Source: an uncultured Chloroflexia bacterium | GTDB taxonomy: Bacteria; Chloroflexota; Limnocylindria; Limnocylindrales; CSP1-4 | Reading direction: 5' to 3' | Assembly: GCA_963833225.1 (NCBI GenBank) | Contig: CAWHXD010000008.1 | Coordinates: 544,001 to 608,000, forward strand | Length of the DNA stretch: 64,000 nucleotides | Part shown: positions 40,514 to 50,116 of the stretch, piece after piece | How the letters are laid out: each line of letters begins with the position of its first letter | How positions within the stretch are numbered: the stretch's first letter is position 1 | Position numbers and translations under genes: made by a program | The notes under the pieces: generated by a model | What the model was told of the DNA's origin: nothing | The model's input: the letters and a program-made list of their open reading frames with translations, nothing else | The model's database searches: none

Positions 40514-42235
40514 TCATCGTCGCAGGCGCTCCGCGAGCGCCGGTGGAGCGATGACCACGAGCTGGGTGGTCGCCCGGGTCAGCGCCGTGTACAGCAGGGC
40601 GTCGAGCCGAGGGGAATTGGCGGACAGCTCGCACACGATGATGACCGGCCGCTCCAGGCCCTTGAAGCGGCGAATGGTCTCGAACGGGACGATCCCGTTG
40701 TCGGGCGGCGGTTCCGGGACCTTGTCGGCCGGCAGGCGGAGCGACTGCCCCTCGTCGTCGATGGCCCCGTTGCACAGGACGGCGCTGCCGAACGTCCGAT
40801 GTCGCCAGACCTCGCTGTGGGGCGCGCTCTGGCCCGAGAGGACCGCCACGTCCCAGCTGCGGACCTCCTCCTCGACGAGCAGCCGGTGAAGGTGGCGTCG
40901 CACCGCCTCGACGGTCTCCCGGCCCGGCTCCGCGATCTCGATGACGGGGGCCCGTCCGGTGTCCGCGATCGCGATGGGCGCAAACGGCCCGTGGTAGAAG
41001 CCGGCCGCGAGTGCAGCGACCGGCGCTGGCGACCGATAGTCCTCGAACAGCTCGATCCTCGGCAGGCCCAGCTCCGCGACCCGGTCGTCACGGATGAGCG
41101 CCTGGCCCGGGTCGTGGAAGATCCAGAGCACGTCCTCATCCGGGGCACGAAGCAGGAATCCGAGCGATTCCAGCCACGCGAGCTCGAAGTCCTGGCCCTC
41201 GTCGACCACGATCGCCTGGAAGCGCTCGTCGGGGAGCGCGTCGATGGCGCGGTCCAGGGCGGTGGGCAGGGCGACATCCCACCAGCCCGTCGGCAGCGGA
41301 TCGGACTTCTCCGGCAGGGTGCCTGCCCGTGCGCCCAGGGTCTCGCACAGCTGGTGGAACGTGGACACGACCGGGCGGCGATCGGGCGGCTCGCCGTCGT
41401 CCCCGATCTCGTGCATGACGGCCGTCGCGAGCGGCTGGTTGAAGCACACGAACAGCGTCCGCCAGCCCTCTCTCGCGAGGCGGCGCGCCTTCTCGATCGC
41501 GACCAGGCTCTTGCCGCTCCCCGCCGGCCCCACGACGTCGAGGCGGCGCGTCGTCCGGTGCTGGTTGAGCACCAGTCGCTGCGCGCGGGACGCATCGAGC
41601 AGCCGCCCCTGCCCCTCCTCGACATCCCGCCGCAGCAGGCGGTGCAGGCTGACGACCGGGGCGAGGAACTCGTCGATGCGGCCGAGCTGGGCGTCCGTCA
41701 GCGGGTAGTCGCGGGACCCGTCGCCCACCCACCAGGCCCAGGTGCGGTCGAGGGCGCGGCGCGTCGCGTGATCGTCGGCGAGGTCCGCCGCGTCGAGGAT
41801 CAGCTCGCGCGGCGCATCCGGGCCGAGCAGGACGTGGCCGCGAGGCAGGGTCGCGAGATCGGCGTCGGGGAACGCGACCGCGTGCCCGCAGCGGGGGCGA
41901 TGGCCGGCCGGGAGCGACAGCACCTCGCAGACCGCATTGACGAGGTCCCGCTTCGCCGCCTCGGCCTGCTCGAACGGGCTGCGATCGAGCGGGTGGCTGC
42001 CGATGAACCAGCTCCCGCCGCTGTCCCTGCCCGGTTCGCCGGCCTTGGTCTCGATCACGAGCAGGCCGTACTCCGGATGGACGATGACGAGGTCCGCCTC
42101 CCCGTCGTGCGCGGGCTTGTCGCGGCGTGAACGCGCGACGAAGCGCACGTTCGCGTAGAGGCGCGCGCCCTCGGGCAGGGCGTCGCGGATGCGTGCTTCG
42201 CTGTGTTGCTCGGCCTGTGTTCCCAGGACCCCCAA
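40514..42235 (-). CDS. NERD nuclease + SF1 helicase
   Basis: GEADLVIVHPEYGLLVIETK, GPAGSGKS, VDEGQDF, RFKGLE, YTALTRA; AAGGAG RBS before TTG at 42235. Confidence 0.88.
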   Translation of the reverse strand: MGVLGTQAEQHSEARIRDALPEGARLYANVRFVARSRRDKPAHDGEADLVIVHPEYGLLVIETKAGEPGRDSGGSWFIGSHPLDRSPFEQAEAAKRDLVNAVCEVLSLPAGHRPRCGHAVAFPDADLATLPRGHVLLGPDAPRELILDAADLADDHATRRALDRTWAWWVGDGSRDYPLTDAQLGRIDEFLAPVVSLHRLLRRDVEEGQGRLLDASRAQRLVLNQHRTTRRLDVVGPAGSGKSLVAIEKARRLAREGWRTLFVCFNQPLATAVMHEIGDDGEPPDRRPVVSTFHQLCETLGARAGTLPEKSDPLPTGWWDVALPTALDRAIDALPDERFQAIVVDEGQDFELAWLESLGFLLRAPDEDVLWIFHDPGQALIRDDRVAELGLPRIELFEDYRSPAPVAALAAGFYHGPFAPIAIADTGRAPVIEIAEPGRETVEAVRRHLHRLLVEEEVRSWDVAVLSGQSAPHSEVWRHRTFGSAVLCNGAIDDEGQSLRLPADKVPEPPPDNGIVPFETIRRFKGLERPVIIVCELSANSPRLDALLYTALTRATTQLVVIAPPALAERLRR

Positions 42236-42410
42236 GTAGGCTCCTTCCGACTCCCCCGCTCCCTTGTCAGGGACGCTACCGGAGCGTGGGGGCGCGCGCA
42301 CCGGTACGTCTGTCCCGGAAGGAGGGCGCCGACTGGCCCTGATCGGGCGCCTGGCAGGGCAGGTCCCGGCGCATTCCGGTCCGAGCGCGACCTGGTGCGG
42401 GCCCGCACCA

Positions 42411-42490
42411 GGTCGCGGGCTCCGGGTCGGGTCGCGGGCTCCGGGTCGCGGGCTCCGGGTCGCGGGTTCCGGGTCGGGTCGCGGGCTCCG
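42411..42490. repeat. Short tandem repeat (ccgggtcgcgggct-like)
   Basis: About 5 imperfect copies of gggtcgcgggctcc. Confidence 0.75.
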
Positions 42491-42824
42491 GACGCCTGAA
42501 CCGGCGCAGCCCGGTCCGATTCGGGCGTCTCGCGCCCCACGTGTCACGCGGCGGGGGCGACCGCGCAACAGGCGAGGCTCGGGACGCCCAGTGCGTCGCG
42601 CGACGGAACCGTTGGGGCGCCGGGCGCCCAGCGCCGGCGCGGACTCCCGAGGCGCGGGGCCCGGGCGCCGGGCGCCCAGCGCAGGCGCGGGGGCGCGGGG
42701 CCCGCCACGCGGACTCCCCGGCGGGGGCTCGAGCCCCACCCACGCAACCGAACGGCCGCCATCGGCGTCAGGGTGGCGACCGGCCACCATGACGCCGCTC
42801 CCCCACCCTCGTGAGGCACCATCG

Positions 42825-43631
42825 ATGAGCTCCAACCCGACCCCCGCTCCGACCGCCACCTCCTCAACCTCCCAGGCGATGCGCTGGGCTCTGCTCGCCG
42901 GCGCGGGTGCGCTGCTGGTTGGCCTGGTCGCGGGCCCGGTCCTCGCCGGCGCCGTGGCCCCCCGCACCTACGCCCCCACGAACGGCGCCACGGACCAGCC
43001 GCCGGAGCACACGATCTCGGTCGCCGGCTCGGGCAAGGTCGTGGTCGTCCCCGACATCGCCACGGTGCGCCTCGGCGTCGTCATCGAGCGCAACACGGCC
43101 AAGGCGGCCCGCACCGCGGCCGCGGAGGCCATGACCAAGGTCGTCGCCGCGGTGAAGGCCCTGGGCATCGACGACAAGGACATCGCGACCGCCAACGTGT
43201 CGCTCCAGCCGGTCTACGACTATCCCAACAACCAGTCGCCCAAGATCCGCGGTTACCAGCTCCAGAACATGATCACGGTCACGGTCCGCGACCTCGACAA
43301 GCTGTCTGACGTCCTCGACAACGGCGTCCGGGCCGGCGCCACGTCGGTTGACGGCGTCAGCTTCGACGTCTCCGATCGCACCGCCAGCGAGGCGAAGGCC
43401 CGCGAGGCGGCCGTCGCCGATGCCAAGGCCAAGGCCGAGGCGCTCGCGTCCGGGCTGGGCGTCCGCATCGAGGGCGTGGCGTCCGTCTCCGAGCAGGTCT
43501 CGACGCCGGTCTGGTACGACCGCATGTACGCGGCCGGTGACATGGTGGCCGAGGCCGCACCGCAGACCCCGGTCATGCCGGGCACGACCGACGTCGTGAT
43601 CACGGTCCAGGTGACCTTCCTGATCCCGTAA
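42825..43631 (+). CDS. SIMPL domain (DUF541) secreted protein
   Basis: TISVAGSGKVVVVPDIA, SLQPVYDY, AREAAVADAKAKAEALA, PGTTDVVITVQVTF; N-terminal TM/signal segment. Confidence 0.92.
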   Translation: MSSNPTPAPTATSSTSQAMRWALLAGAGALLVGLVAGPVLAGAVAPRTYAPTNGATDQPPEHTISVAGSGKVVVVPDIATVRLGVVIERNTAKAARTAAAEAMTKVVAAVKALGIDDKDIATANVSLQPVYDYPNNQSPKIRGYQLQNMITVTVRDLDKLSDVLDNGVRAGATSVDGVSFDVSDRTASEAKAREAAVADAKAKAEALASGLGVRIEGVASVSEQVSTPVWYDRMYAAGDMVAEAAPQTPVMPGTTDVVITVQVTFLIP

Positions 43632-43669
43632 CCCGGAGCCGCTCGCGCGGCCCGTCACCCCACGAACGA

Positions 43670-43699
43670 CAACGCGCCGGGCACCCGCCCGGCGTGTTG
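43670..43699. terminator. Hairpin between convergent genes
   Basis: caacgcgccgggc-accc-gcccggcgtgttg. Confidence 0.6.
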
Positions 43700-43718
43700 C
43701 GATGAATCGCGCCCGCGT

Positions 43719-45108
43719 CTAGCGGTCCAGCGCCTGGGCGAGATCCGCGATCACGTCGTCCGGGTGCTCGCCGCCCACGGAGAGGCGGATCAGACCGGGG
43801 GCAAGCATGGCCACCGCGCGTCCCTCCTCGCCCTGCTGCTGGTGGGTGGAGATCGACGGGATCGTGGCGATGCTCTTCACCCGCCCGAGGTCCGTCCCCC
43901 GGAAGATCAGCCCGAAGCGGTCGTAGGCCCGCCGCGCGGCGGGGAGCCCGCCCCGGAGCGTGAACCCCAGCAGCGTCGAGTACCGGACGGCCTCCGCCCC
44001 GTCCGCGTCCCCGTCGGCAAGCTGGAAGTCCCGGGCGGCGATCTCGTGGCCCGGGTGGGATTCCAGGCCTGGATACGAGACGCTCTCCACGGCCGGGTTC
44101 GCCTCGAGGAACCGCGCCACCCGCATGGTGGTCCGGCTCCAGGCGTCCATCCGCGTCCGCAGCGTGCGCAGGTCGGAGAGCAGCAGAAGCGCGCTGAACG
44201 GCGACAGCGCCGGCCCCAGGTCCCGCGCCGGGAGCAGCTTGACGTGGGTCGCGAAGTCCTCGCGCAGCTCGTCCGGCCCAACGCGGGCGGGAATGTCGTG
44301 GCGGGCGATCACGGCGCCCGCGATCGCGAGCCCGCTCGACCCGATCGCCTTCGACAGCGACTGGATCACGATGTCCGCGCCGAGCGAGAGTGGCCGAAGG
44401 AGCGCCGGGGTCGCCACCGTCGAGTCCACGATCAGCGGCATTCCGTGGGCGTGGGCGAGGGCCGCGAGCGCGGGAATGTCCGAGATGGCGAGCGCCGGGT
44501 TCGAGGGCACCTCCGCGTACAGGAAGCGGGTGTTGTCGTCGATGGCGCGCGCGAACGCGTCGGTGTCGAGCGGGTCCGACGACCCAGCGGACCTCGATCC
44601 CCCGCTCCGCGGCGTACCGGTTGAACAGCATGAACGTGCCGCCGTAGCACCTCGCCGACGCAACCAGGTTGATCCCGGCGCCGGGCCGGGCCGGGTCGAT
44701 CGCGAGCAGCGCGTTGGTCGCGAGGTGGACGGCGGCCATCCCCGAGGCCGTGACCACCGCGGACGCCTCGAGATCCGTCCCGTAGGTCTCCAGCAGCGCC
44801 AGCGTCTCCTCGAGATAGTGGGTCGAGGGGTTGGCGATCCGCGTGTAGCCCCAGGCCGGGATGAGGTAGGCAAGCGCCGCCTCGAGATGGTCCGAGTCCT
44901 CGAAGTGCTGGGCGGGCGACAGGTAGGCAGGCTCGATCAGGCTGCCCTGGTTGGCCATCGCGGCGGCGTGGTCGTACATGCCGTGGACGGCGATGGTGTC
45001 GAACCGACGGGACCGGGCGCGACGGCGCCGCTCCACCTCAGCTGCCGTGTCCTCACGGCCGCGTTGGATCCACGCCTCGAGGCCGGGCGACGGGGTGGTG
45101 GCGGTCAT
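43719..45108 (-). CDS. Cys/Met-metabolism PLP enzyme (O-acylhomoserine sulfhydrylase / MetZ-like); frameshift near 44580
   Basis: YTRIANPS, ASGMAA, CYGGT, EVPSNP, VDSTVATP, SLSK (PLP lysine), YPGL, IRLSVGGE. Confidence 0.88.
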
Positions 45109-45135
45109 CGGCTGGATCCTCCGTGCAGAGATGGG

Positions 45136-45604
45136 TCAGATGGGCAGCGCCACGGTGTCCTTCACCGTGGACAGGACGACGCTGGTCTGAATCCGGGCGA
45201 TGCCCGGCAGCGGGGTGAGCTTGTCGACCACGAAGCGCTCGAGCGCCCGGCGGTCGCGCAGCACCACCTTGAGCTGGTAGTCGAACTGCCCGGTCAGGTG
45301 ATGGCATTCGAGGACCTCGGGCAGCTCCGAGAGCGCCTTGCGCACCCGGGCGACCGCGTCCTGCTGGTGGAGGCCGATTCCGATGCTCACCAGGCACAGG
45401 AGATCGAACCCGGCCCGCTCGGCGTCCACCCGGGCGGCATAGCCCGGTGATCACGCCGCGCTCCTCCAGGCGGCGCACGCGGGCGTGCGTCGCGGCCGGG
45501 CTGAGCCCGATGGCCCTCGAGAGGTCAAGGTTGCTCGTCCGACCGTCCACCTGGAGCCGGCGAACGATGTCGCGATCGAGGTCATCGAGGCTGATGTTGG
45601 TCAC
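45136..45604 (-). CDS. Lrp/AsnC family regulator; frameshift near 45435
   Basis: LDDLDRDIVRRLQVDGR...GLSPAATHARVRRLEERGVI plus PEVLECHHLTGQFDY...IQTSVVL. Confidence 0.9.
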
Positions 45605-45808
45605 GCGGCGGCCCTCGGTGCAAGTGGATGTTCGGTCACTCGCAATGATGTCCGAAGAACCTTCGGCTTGCCCAGCCCTGCCATGACGAACATTCGGCGT
45701 GGGCGCCTACGTGGCCCGACTGCGCGAGCGCCGCGTGACCCGCGTGATCCCCGCCCGGGCGCCCGGAGATCCCCCGCCCGAGCGCGCGCGGCTGCGCGTG
45801 CGGCCTGA

Positions 45809-45822
45809 CGCAATCGATTGCA
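45809..45822. promoter_or_regulatory. LacI-type operator
   Basis: cGCAATCGATTGCa palindrome just upstream of TACGCT-N7-GTG of the DMT gene. Confidence 0.65.
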
Positions 45823-45840
45823 CGCGGTACGCTTGCGTGC

Positions 45841-46809
45841 GTGACCGCATCGCCCGATCAGACCGGCCCGACCGCATCGGCCGTCCACAGCCGCACGGCC
45901 GCGCTCGTCCTCCTGGTGCTGCTGGCCCTCGTCTGGGGCGTGCACTGGGTCGTCGTGAAGCAGGGGCTCCACTACCTGCCGCCCCTCACCTACGGCGCCC
46001 TGCGCATGCTCGGCGGCCTGCTCACGATGGTGGCGATCCTCGGGGTCCAGCGGCGGATCAAGCGGCCGCCACGCCACGACCTGCCGATCATCGCGTCCGT
46101 GTCCCTGCTCCAGATCGCGGCCGGCGTCCTGATCATGAACTTCGCCCTCCAGGCCGTGCCGGCCGGGCGCTCATCCGTCCTGCTCTACGCCATGCCGCTG
46201 TGGGTGGCCCTCCTGCTGTGGGCGTTCTTCCGCACGCCCCCTCGCCGCAACGAGGCGGTGGGCCTCGTCCTGGGCCTGGGCGGGATCCTCATCCTGGTCA
46301 ACCCGACGGTCATCGACTGGGGCGTGCCGCTCGAGCTCGCCGGCACCCTGGCGCTGGTCGTGAACGGGATCCTGTGGGCAGCCGTGACGATCCACATCCG
46401 GCGCCACACCTGGATGTCCTCGCCGCTCGACCTGCAGCCGTGGATGCTGCTCACCGCGTCTGTGCCGGTCGTCCTGGCCGCGCTCCTCCTGGAGCAGGGG
46501 CGGGAGATCCGGTGGGAGCTGCCGGCGATCCTCGCGCTGCTCTACAGCGGTCCGCTCGCGACCGCGTTCGCCAACTGGGCGAGCCAGTCGATCACCCGCT
46601 CGCTCGGCCCGCTCGCGTCCGCGATCGGCTTCCTCGCCACGCCGGTGGTCGGTCTGGTGAGCGGCGCCGTCCTGCTGGGCGAGTCGCTGGGGCTCCTCGA
46701 CCTTGCCGGGTTTGCACTGGTGCTGGGGGGCATCGCGGTCACGTCGCTGATCCCCGCGGCGCGGGTGCAGCCACCGGCCGTCGCGGAGGCCACGGCGGCG
46801 TCTCGCTAG
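45841..46809 (+). CDS. DMT/EamA family transporter
   Basis: LVWGVHW, ALRMLGG, ten TM segments, PVVGLVSGAVLLGE. Confidence 0.92.
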   Translation: MTASPDQTGPTASAVHSRTAALVLLVLLALVWGVHWVVVKQGLHYLPPLTYGALRMLGGLLTMVAILGVQRRIKRPPRHDLPIIASVSLLQIAAGVLIMNFALQAVPAGRSSVLLYAMPLWVALLLWAFFRTPPRRNEAVGLVLGLGGILILVNPTVIDWGVPLELAGTLALVVNGILWAAVTIHIRRHTWMSSPLDLQPWMLLTASVPVVLAALLLEQGREIRWELPAILALLYSGPLATAFANWASQSITRSLGPLASAIGFLATPVVGLVSGAVLLGESLGLLDLAGFALVLGGIAVTSLIPAARVQPPAVAEATAASR

Positions 46810-46825
46810 GAACGTCGCGCGGCGT

Positions 46826-48108
46826 CTACGCTCGCGTCATCCGCTCCGCGATGGCGCACCACTCCCACAGGCGCTGTGGGTCGGCCCGGCAGGTGCTGAT
46901 GTCCTTGAGCGTGAACTCGACCGGGCAGCCGTTGGCGCGCGTGGCCTCGAGGACCTCGCGGAAGTCCTTCTCCGCGATCTCCGGGACCCAGGTGTCCATG
47001 GCCACCATCGAGGGGTTGGGCTTGCGGCTGAACACGAACTCGGACCCGATGGCCTCGGCGCCTCTGCCGATCTTCGCCCATGGGCTCATGGAGATCTTCC
47101 GGACGTTGGGGATCTTGCGGACCGAGTCGATCCGGTTGTGGAGCGGGTCACAGCAGCCGAAGTAGCCGAGCCCGAACCGGTCGAACCAGCGGGCGTAGTA
47201 GGGCGGGACGAACTCGTCGAAGGTGGCGTCCCCCACCGACACGAACAGCTGGCTCCGCCCGACCGTCCAGGTATCGATCGCCCGCGGCTTCGCCGGGTCG
47301 AAGCCGGGTCCTGGGAAGCTCCGTGGTCTGGGCCCCGGTGCAGTGGATCCGGTCGTTGCCATAGCCGATGAGCCCCTTCGCCTCGAGGATGTCCAGCTCG
47401 GCAAGCCGGACCTCCGTGAGGCGGTCGGCGATCGCGTGGAGGTGCTCTGGGCGATCCATGAAGTCGAGCAGGATGGGCTCGGTGCCGCGGAACTGCTCGA
47501 TGTCGTCCCAGAGCGGGAACGCGAGCTCGTCGCCGTCGTAGCCCGTGAGCCCCTGCATCCGGACCTCGAGCAGGCCGTCGAGGCACTCGTGGGCCCAGGC
47601 CTCGCGCTCGGCGGTCCCTTCGACATCGAGGCTGGGTTCCAGGACGCGGAGCTTGTCGATGTCCTCGGGGTTCGCCAGCTGGTCCTCGTAGTGGTGGCTC
47701 TGGATCTCGCCGCCCTGGTCGATGGTGTCCTGCGTGATCCGGATCCCCCACCCCGGGCGGTCGATCACCTTCTTGATGTCGAGGTACGGCTCCACGACCA
47801 TGTCCACCCGCAGGTGGTTCCAGCGGTACAGCTCCTGGCGGAGGCGCGTCTCCAGGTCCCGGGTGAAGGGGTGGGTGCGACGCGACGCGCAGCTCGTCGG
47901 CACCCGGGACGTTGCCCGTCAGCTCGTGCCACGGGATCTCGTCGATCATCGCCATGGGCCGCTCGGGGTGGAGGTCGTTGAGCGCCTGCCACTCGCGGAT
48001 CCGCTCCGCCTGCACGGGCAGCGCGGCGAGCTCGGCGACCTTGGCGGCGAGCTCGCGGACGACGGCGACGTCCGCAGCCGGGAGGCCGGTGCTGGTCTGG
48101 GTGGTCAT
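46826..48108 (-). CDS. URO-D/MtaA-CmuA superfamily TIM-barrel protein, putative corrinoid methyltransferase; two frameshifts (near 47880 and 47315)
   Basis: FRGTEPILLDFMDRPE, SQLFVSV...FDEFVPPYY, YFGCCDPLH, ISMSPW, SRKPNP; lies directly downstream of the corrinoid protein gene. Confidence 0.75.
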
Positions 48109-48126
48109 CGGTCCGATCCCCGTTTC

Positions 48127-48754
48127 CTAGGAGGCCAGCAGGCCGCGGGCGAGGTCAACCGCGGACCCGGCATCGGGGGCGTAGCCGTCGGCGCCGATCT
48201 GGTCGGCGAACTCGGGGGTCACCGGAGCCCCGCCGATGACGACCCGGGTGGCCAGGTTCGCGGCCTTCACGGCCTCGACCACCGCCGCGCATGTTGGGCA
48301 TCGTCGTGGTCAGCAGGGCGGAGACGCCGATCAGGTGCGCGTCGTGCTCCTGCGCTGCCTCGACGAACTTCGCGGGCGGGACATTGACGCCGAGGTCGAA
48401 GACCTCGATCCCGCCGCCCTTCCACATCATGCCCACCAGGTTCTTGCCGATGTCGTGGAGGTCGCCCTCGACCGTGCCCACGACGGCGCGGAACTCGGGC
48501 TTGACCCCGGCCGCGAGCAGGACGGGCTCGAGGATCTGGGTGCCGGCCTTCATCGCCCGCGCCGCGATCAGCATCTCGGGCACGAACAGCTCGCCCTCCT
48601 GGAACTTGCGGCCCACCACGTCCATGGCGCTGGTCATCGCGTCGAGGATCGTGGTGGGGTCGATCCCCTCGTCGACGGCCGCCTGCGTGTGCTCGGCGGC
48701 GGCGGTCCGGTTGCCCGCCTCGACGGCGGCGGTGAGGGCGGCGAGGTCGGCCAT
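48127..48754 (-). CDS. Corrinoid (B12-binding) methyl-carrier protein; frameshift near 48288
   Basis: Cap motif MDVVGRKF...FVPEMLIAARAM; GDLHDIGKNLV (DxHxxG), SALLTTTM, GGAPVT...IGADGY. Confidence 0.93.
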
Positions 48755-48804
48755 GGGTGCGTCTCCTGCTCCTGGGTGGGGGCACGACGGTCCTCGGGCC
48801 GTCC

Positions 48805-48818
48805 TGTAATCGATTGCA
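48805..48818. promoter_or_regulatory. LacI-type operator upstream of the corrinoid operon
   Basis: TGTAATCGATTGCA. Confidence 0.75.
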
Positions 48819-48858
48819 TACGCTAGCGGACTGCGGGTCCGACGTCAATCCCCGTGGG

Positions 48859-49094
48859 CGTTGACTCCCAGACCACGAACTCGCCGCGCCGGGGGGCGAC
48901 TCCACCGTCAGTCCTCGGGGCGCTGCCTCGCAGTCCACGAAATCGCCGCGCCAACGGGCCTGGGGGCGTAGACGTAGCGCCACGGGCATCACCGCGTGGT
49001 GTTGCGCGGCCTTTGATGGCTGTGGGGCAACGAGATCGCCGTGTGCGGGTCTGCTGAGGCACCAATGCCCGATTTCGTGGTCTGGCAGTCAACG
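48859..49094. repeat. 236-bp element with 25-bp terminal inverted repeats
   Basis: cgttgactcccagaccacgaactcg versus reverse complement of cgatttcgtggtctggcagtcaacg (23/25); internal degenerate copy at 48921. Confidence 0.72.
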
Positions 49095-49156
49095 GCGACC
49101 GCGCGCGATGGGGAGGGGCGAAGGGCGACCGCGCGCGATGGGGAGGGGCGAAGGGC
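49094..49156. repeat. 30-bp tandem duplication
   Basis: ggcgaccgcgcgcgatggggaggggcgaag x2. Confidence 0.85.
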
Positions 49157-49174
49157 CGACGAGCCAACACGCCC

Positions 49175-50044
49175 CTACCCCGCCAGGTGGCTCCAGCCTG
49201 CGGTGCGGCGCTGGATCTCGGCGAGGTTGTGGAGGCTGGACTCCCGGGCACGCTCCTCCCAGGCGAACACGCACACGGTCATGATCCCATCGAACCGCAA
49301 CTCGCCGAGCGTCTCGAAGAACGTGTCCCAGGGAACCTCGCCCTGCCCGATGTCGAGATGCTGGTGGACCCGGACCGCGTTGCCGGGCGGGTTGGTGATG
49401 TACCGCAGCCCCGACGAGGCGCGGTGGTCAAAGCCGTCGGCGACGTGGAGCTGGGTCAGCAGCGGACCCGCGTGGCGCATGATCTCGGCCATGTTGCCGC
49501 CCTGGTGGAACGTGTGGGGCGCGCAGTAGAGGAACGACACGTTGGGTGAGTTGATGCCGCGGATCATGTCCACGGCGGCGATGCCGTCCTCGATGAAGTC
49601 GTCGGGGTGCGGCTCCAGCGCGAGGTGCATCCCGGCCCGCTCGAACACGGGCAGCAGCTCCTCGAGCGACTTCCAGAACTGCGCCTCGGAGATGGACGGG
49701 TTCTCGGGCCGGCCGTTGAACTCCGAGTTCATCACCGTGGCCCCCAGCTCCCCGGCGATCTCGATCGAGCGCTTCCAGTAGCGGACGGCGGCCTGGCGCT
49801 CGTCCTCGTCAGGCCCGGACCAGCGGAACAGCGGCAGCACGGAGCTGATCTGGACCCCGGCGGCGTCGAGCGCCCGGCGGAACGCCCGGATCCCGGCCGT
49901 GTCCACGCGCGGGTGCCGGAAGAACGGGATGCAGTCCTCGCGGGGCGACAGCTCGATGTATCGATAGCCCAGGTCGGCGACCAGCCCCGGCAGCTCCGCC
50001 AGTGGCGTCGTCCGGAACATGTACGGGTCGAGCGCGATCTTCAT
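49175..50044 (-). CDS. iolH: IolH-like sugar phosphate isomerase/epimerase
   Basis: MKIALDPYM, IELSPRED, NSEFNG, EPHPDDF, YCAPHTF, RYITNPPG...HQHLDIGQG. Confidence 0.85.
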   Translation of the reverse strand: MKIALDPYMFRTTPLAELPGLVADLGYRYIELSPREDCIPFFRHPRVDTAGIRAFRRALDAAGVQISSVLPLFRWSGPDEDERQAAVRYWKRSIEIAGELGATVMNSEFNGRPENPSISEAQFWKSLEELLPVFERAGMHLALEPHPDDFIEDGIAAVDMIRGINSPNVSFLYCAPHTFHQGGNMAEIMRHAGPLLTQLHVADGFDHRASSGLRYITNPPGNAVRVHQHLDIGQGEVPWDTFFETLGELRFDGIMTVCVFAWEERARESSLHNLAEIQRRTAGWSHLAG

Positions 50045-50116
50045 CGTGTCCTCCTCGTCGGTCGCCGGCCTGGGCCGGCCGATGGGGCTGGCCGGGGCCG
50101 GCTGATGGGTGGAACG

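Noticed and set aside
42236-42824. Long N-terminal extensions of the NERD and SIMPL ORFs
   Set aside because: They run through GC-rich tandem repeats in the divergent spacer; better starts with RBS or signal context are at 42235 and 42825.
48760-49170. Cobalamin riboswitch upstream of the corrinoid gene
   Set aside because: No B12-box or conserved GGGAA/GCCACTG elements found by eye; the region is explained by the LacI operator, a TIR element and a tandem duplication. An Rfam scan would be decisive.
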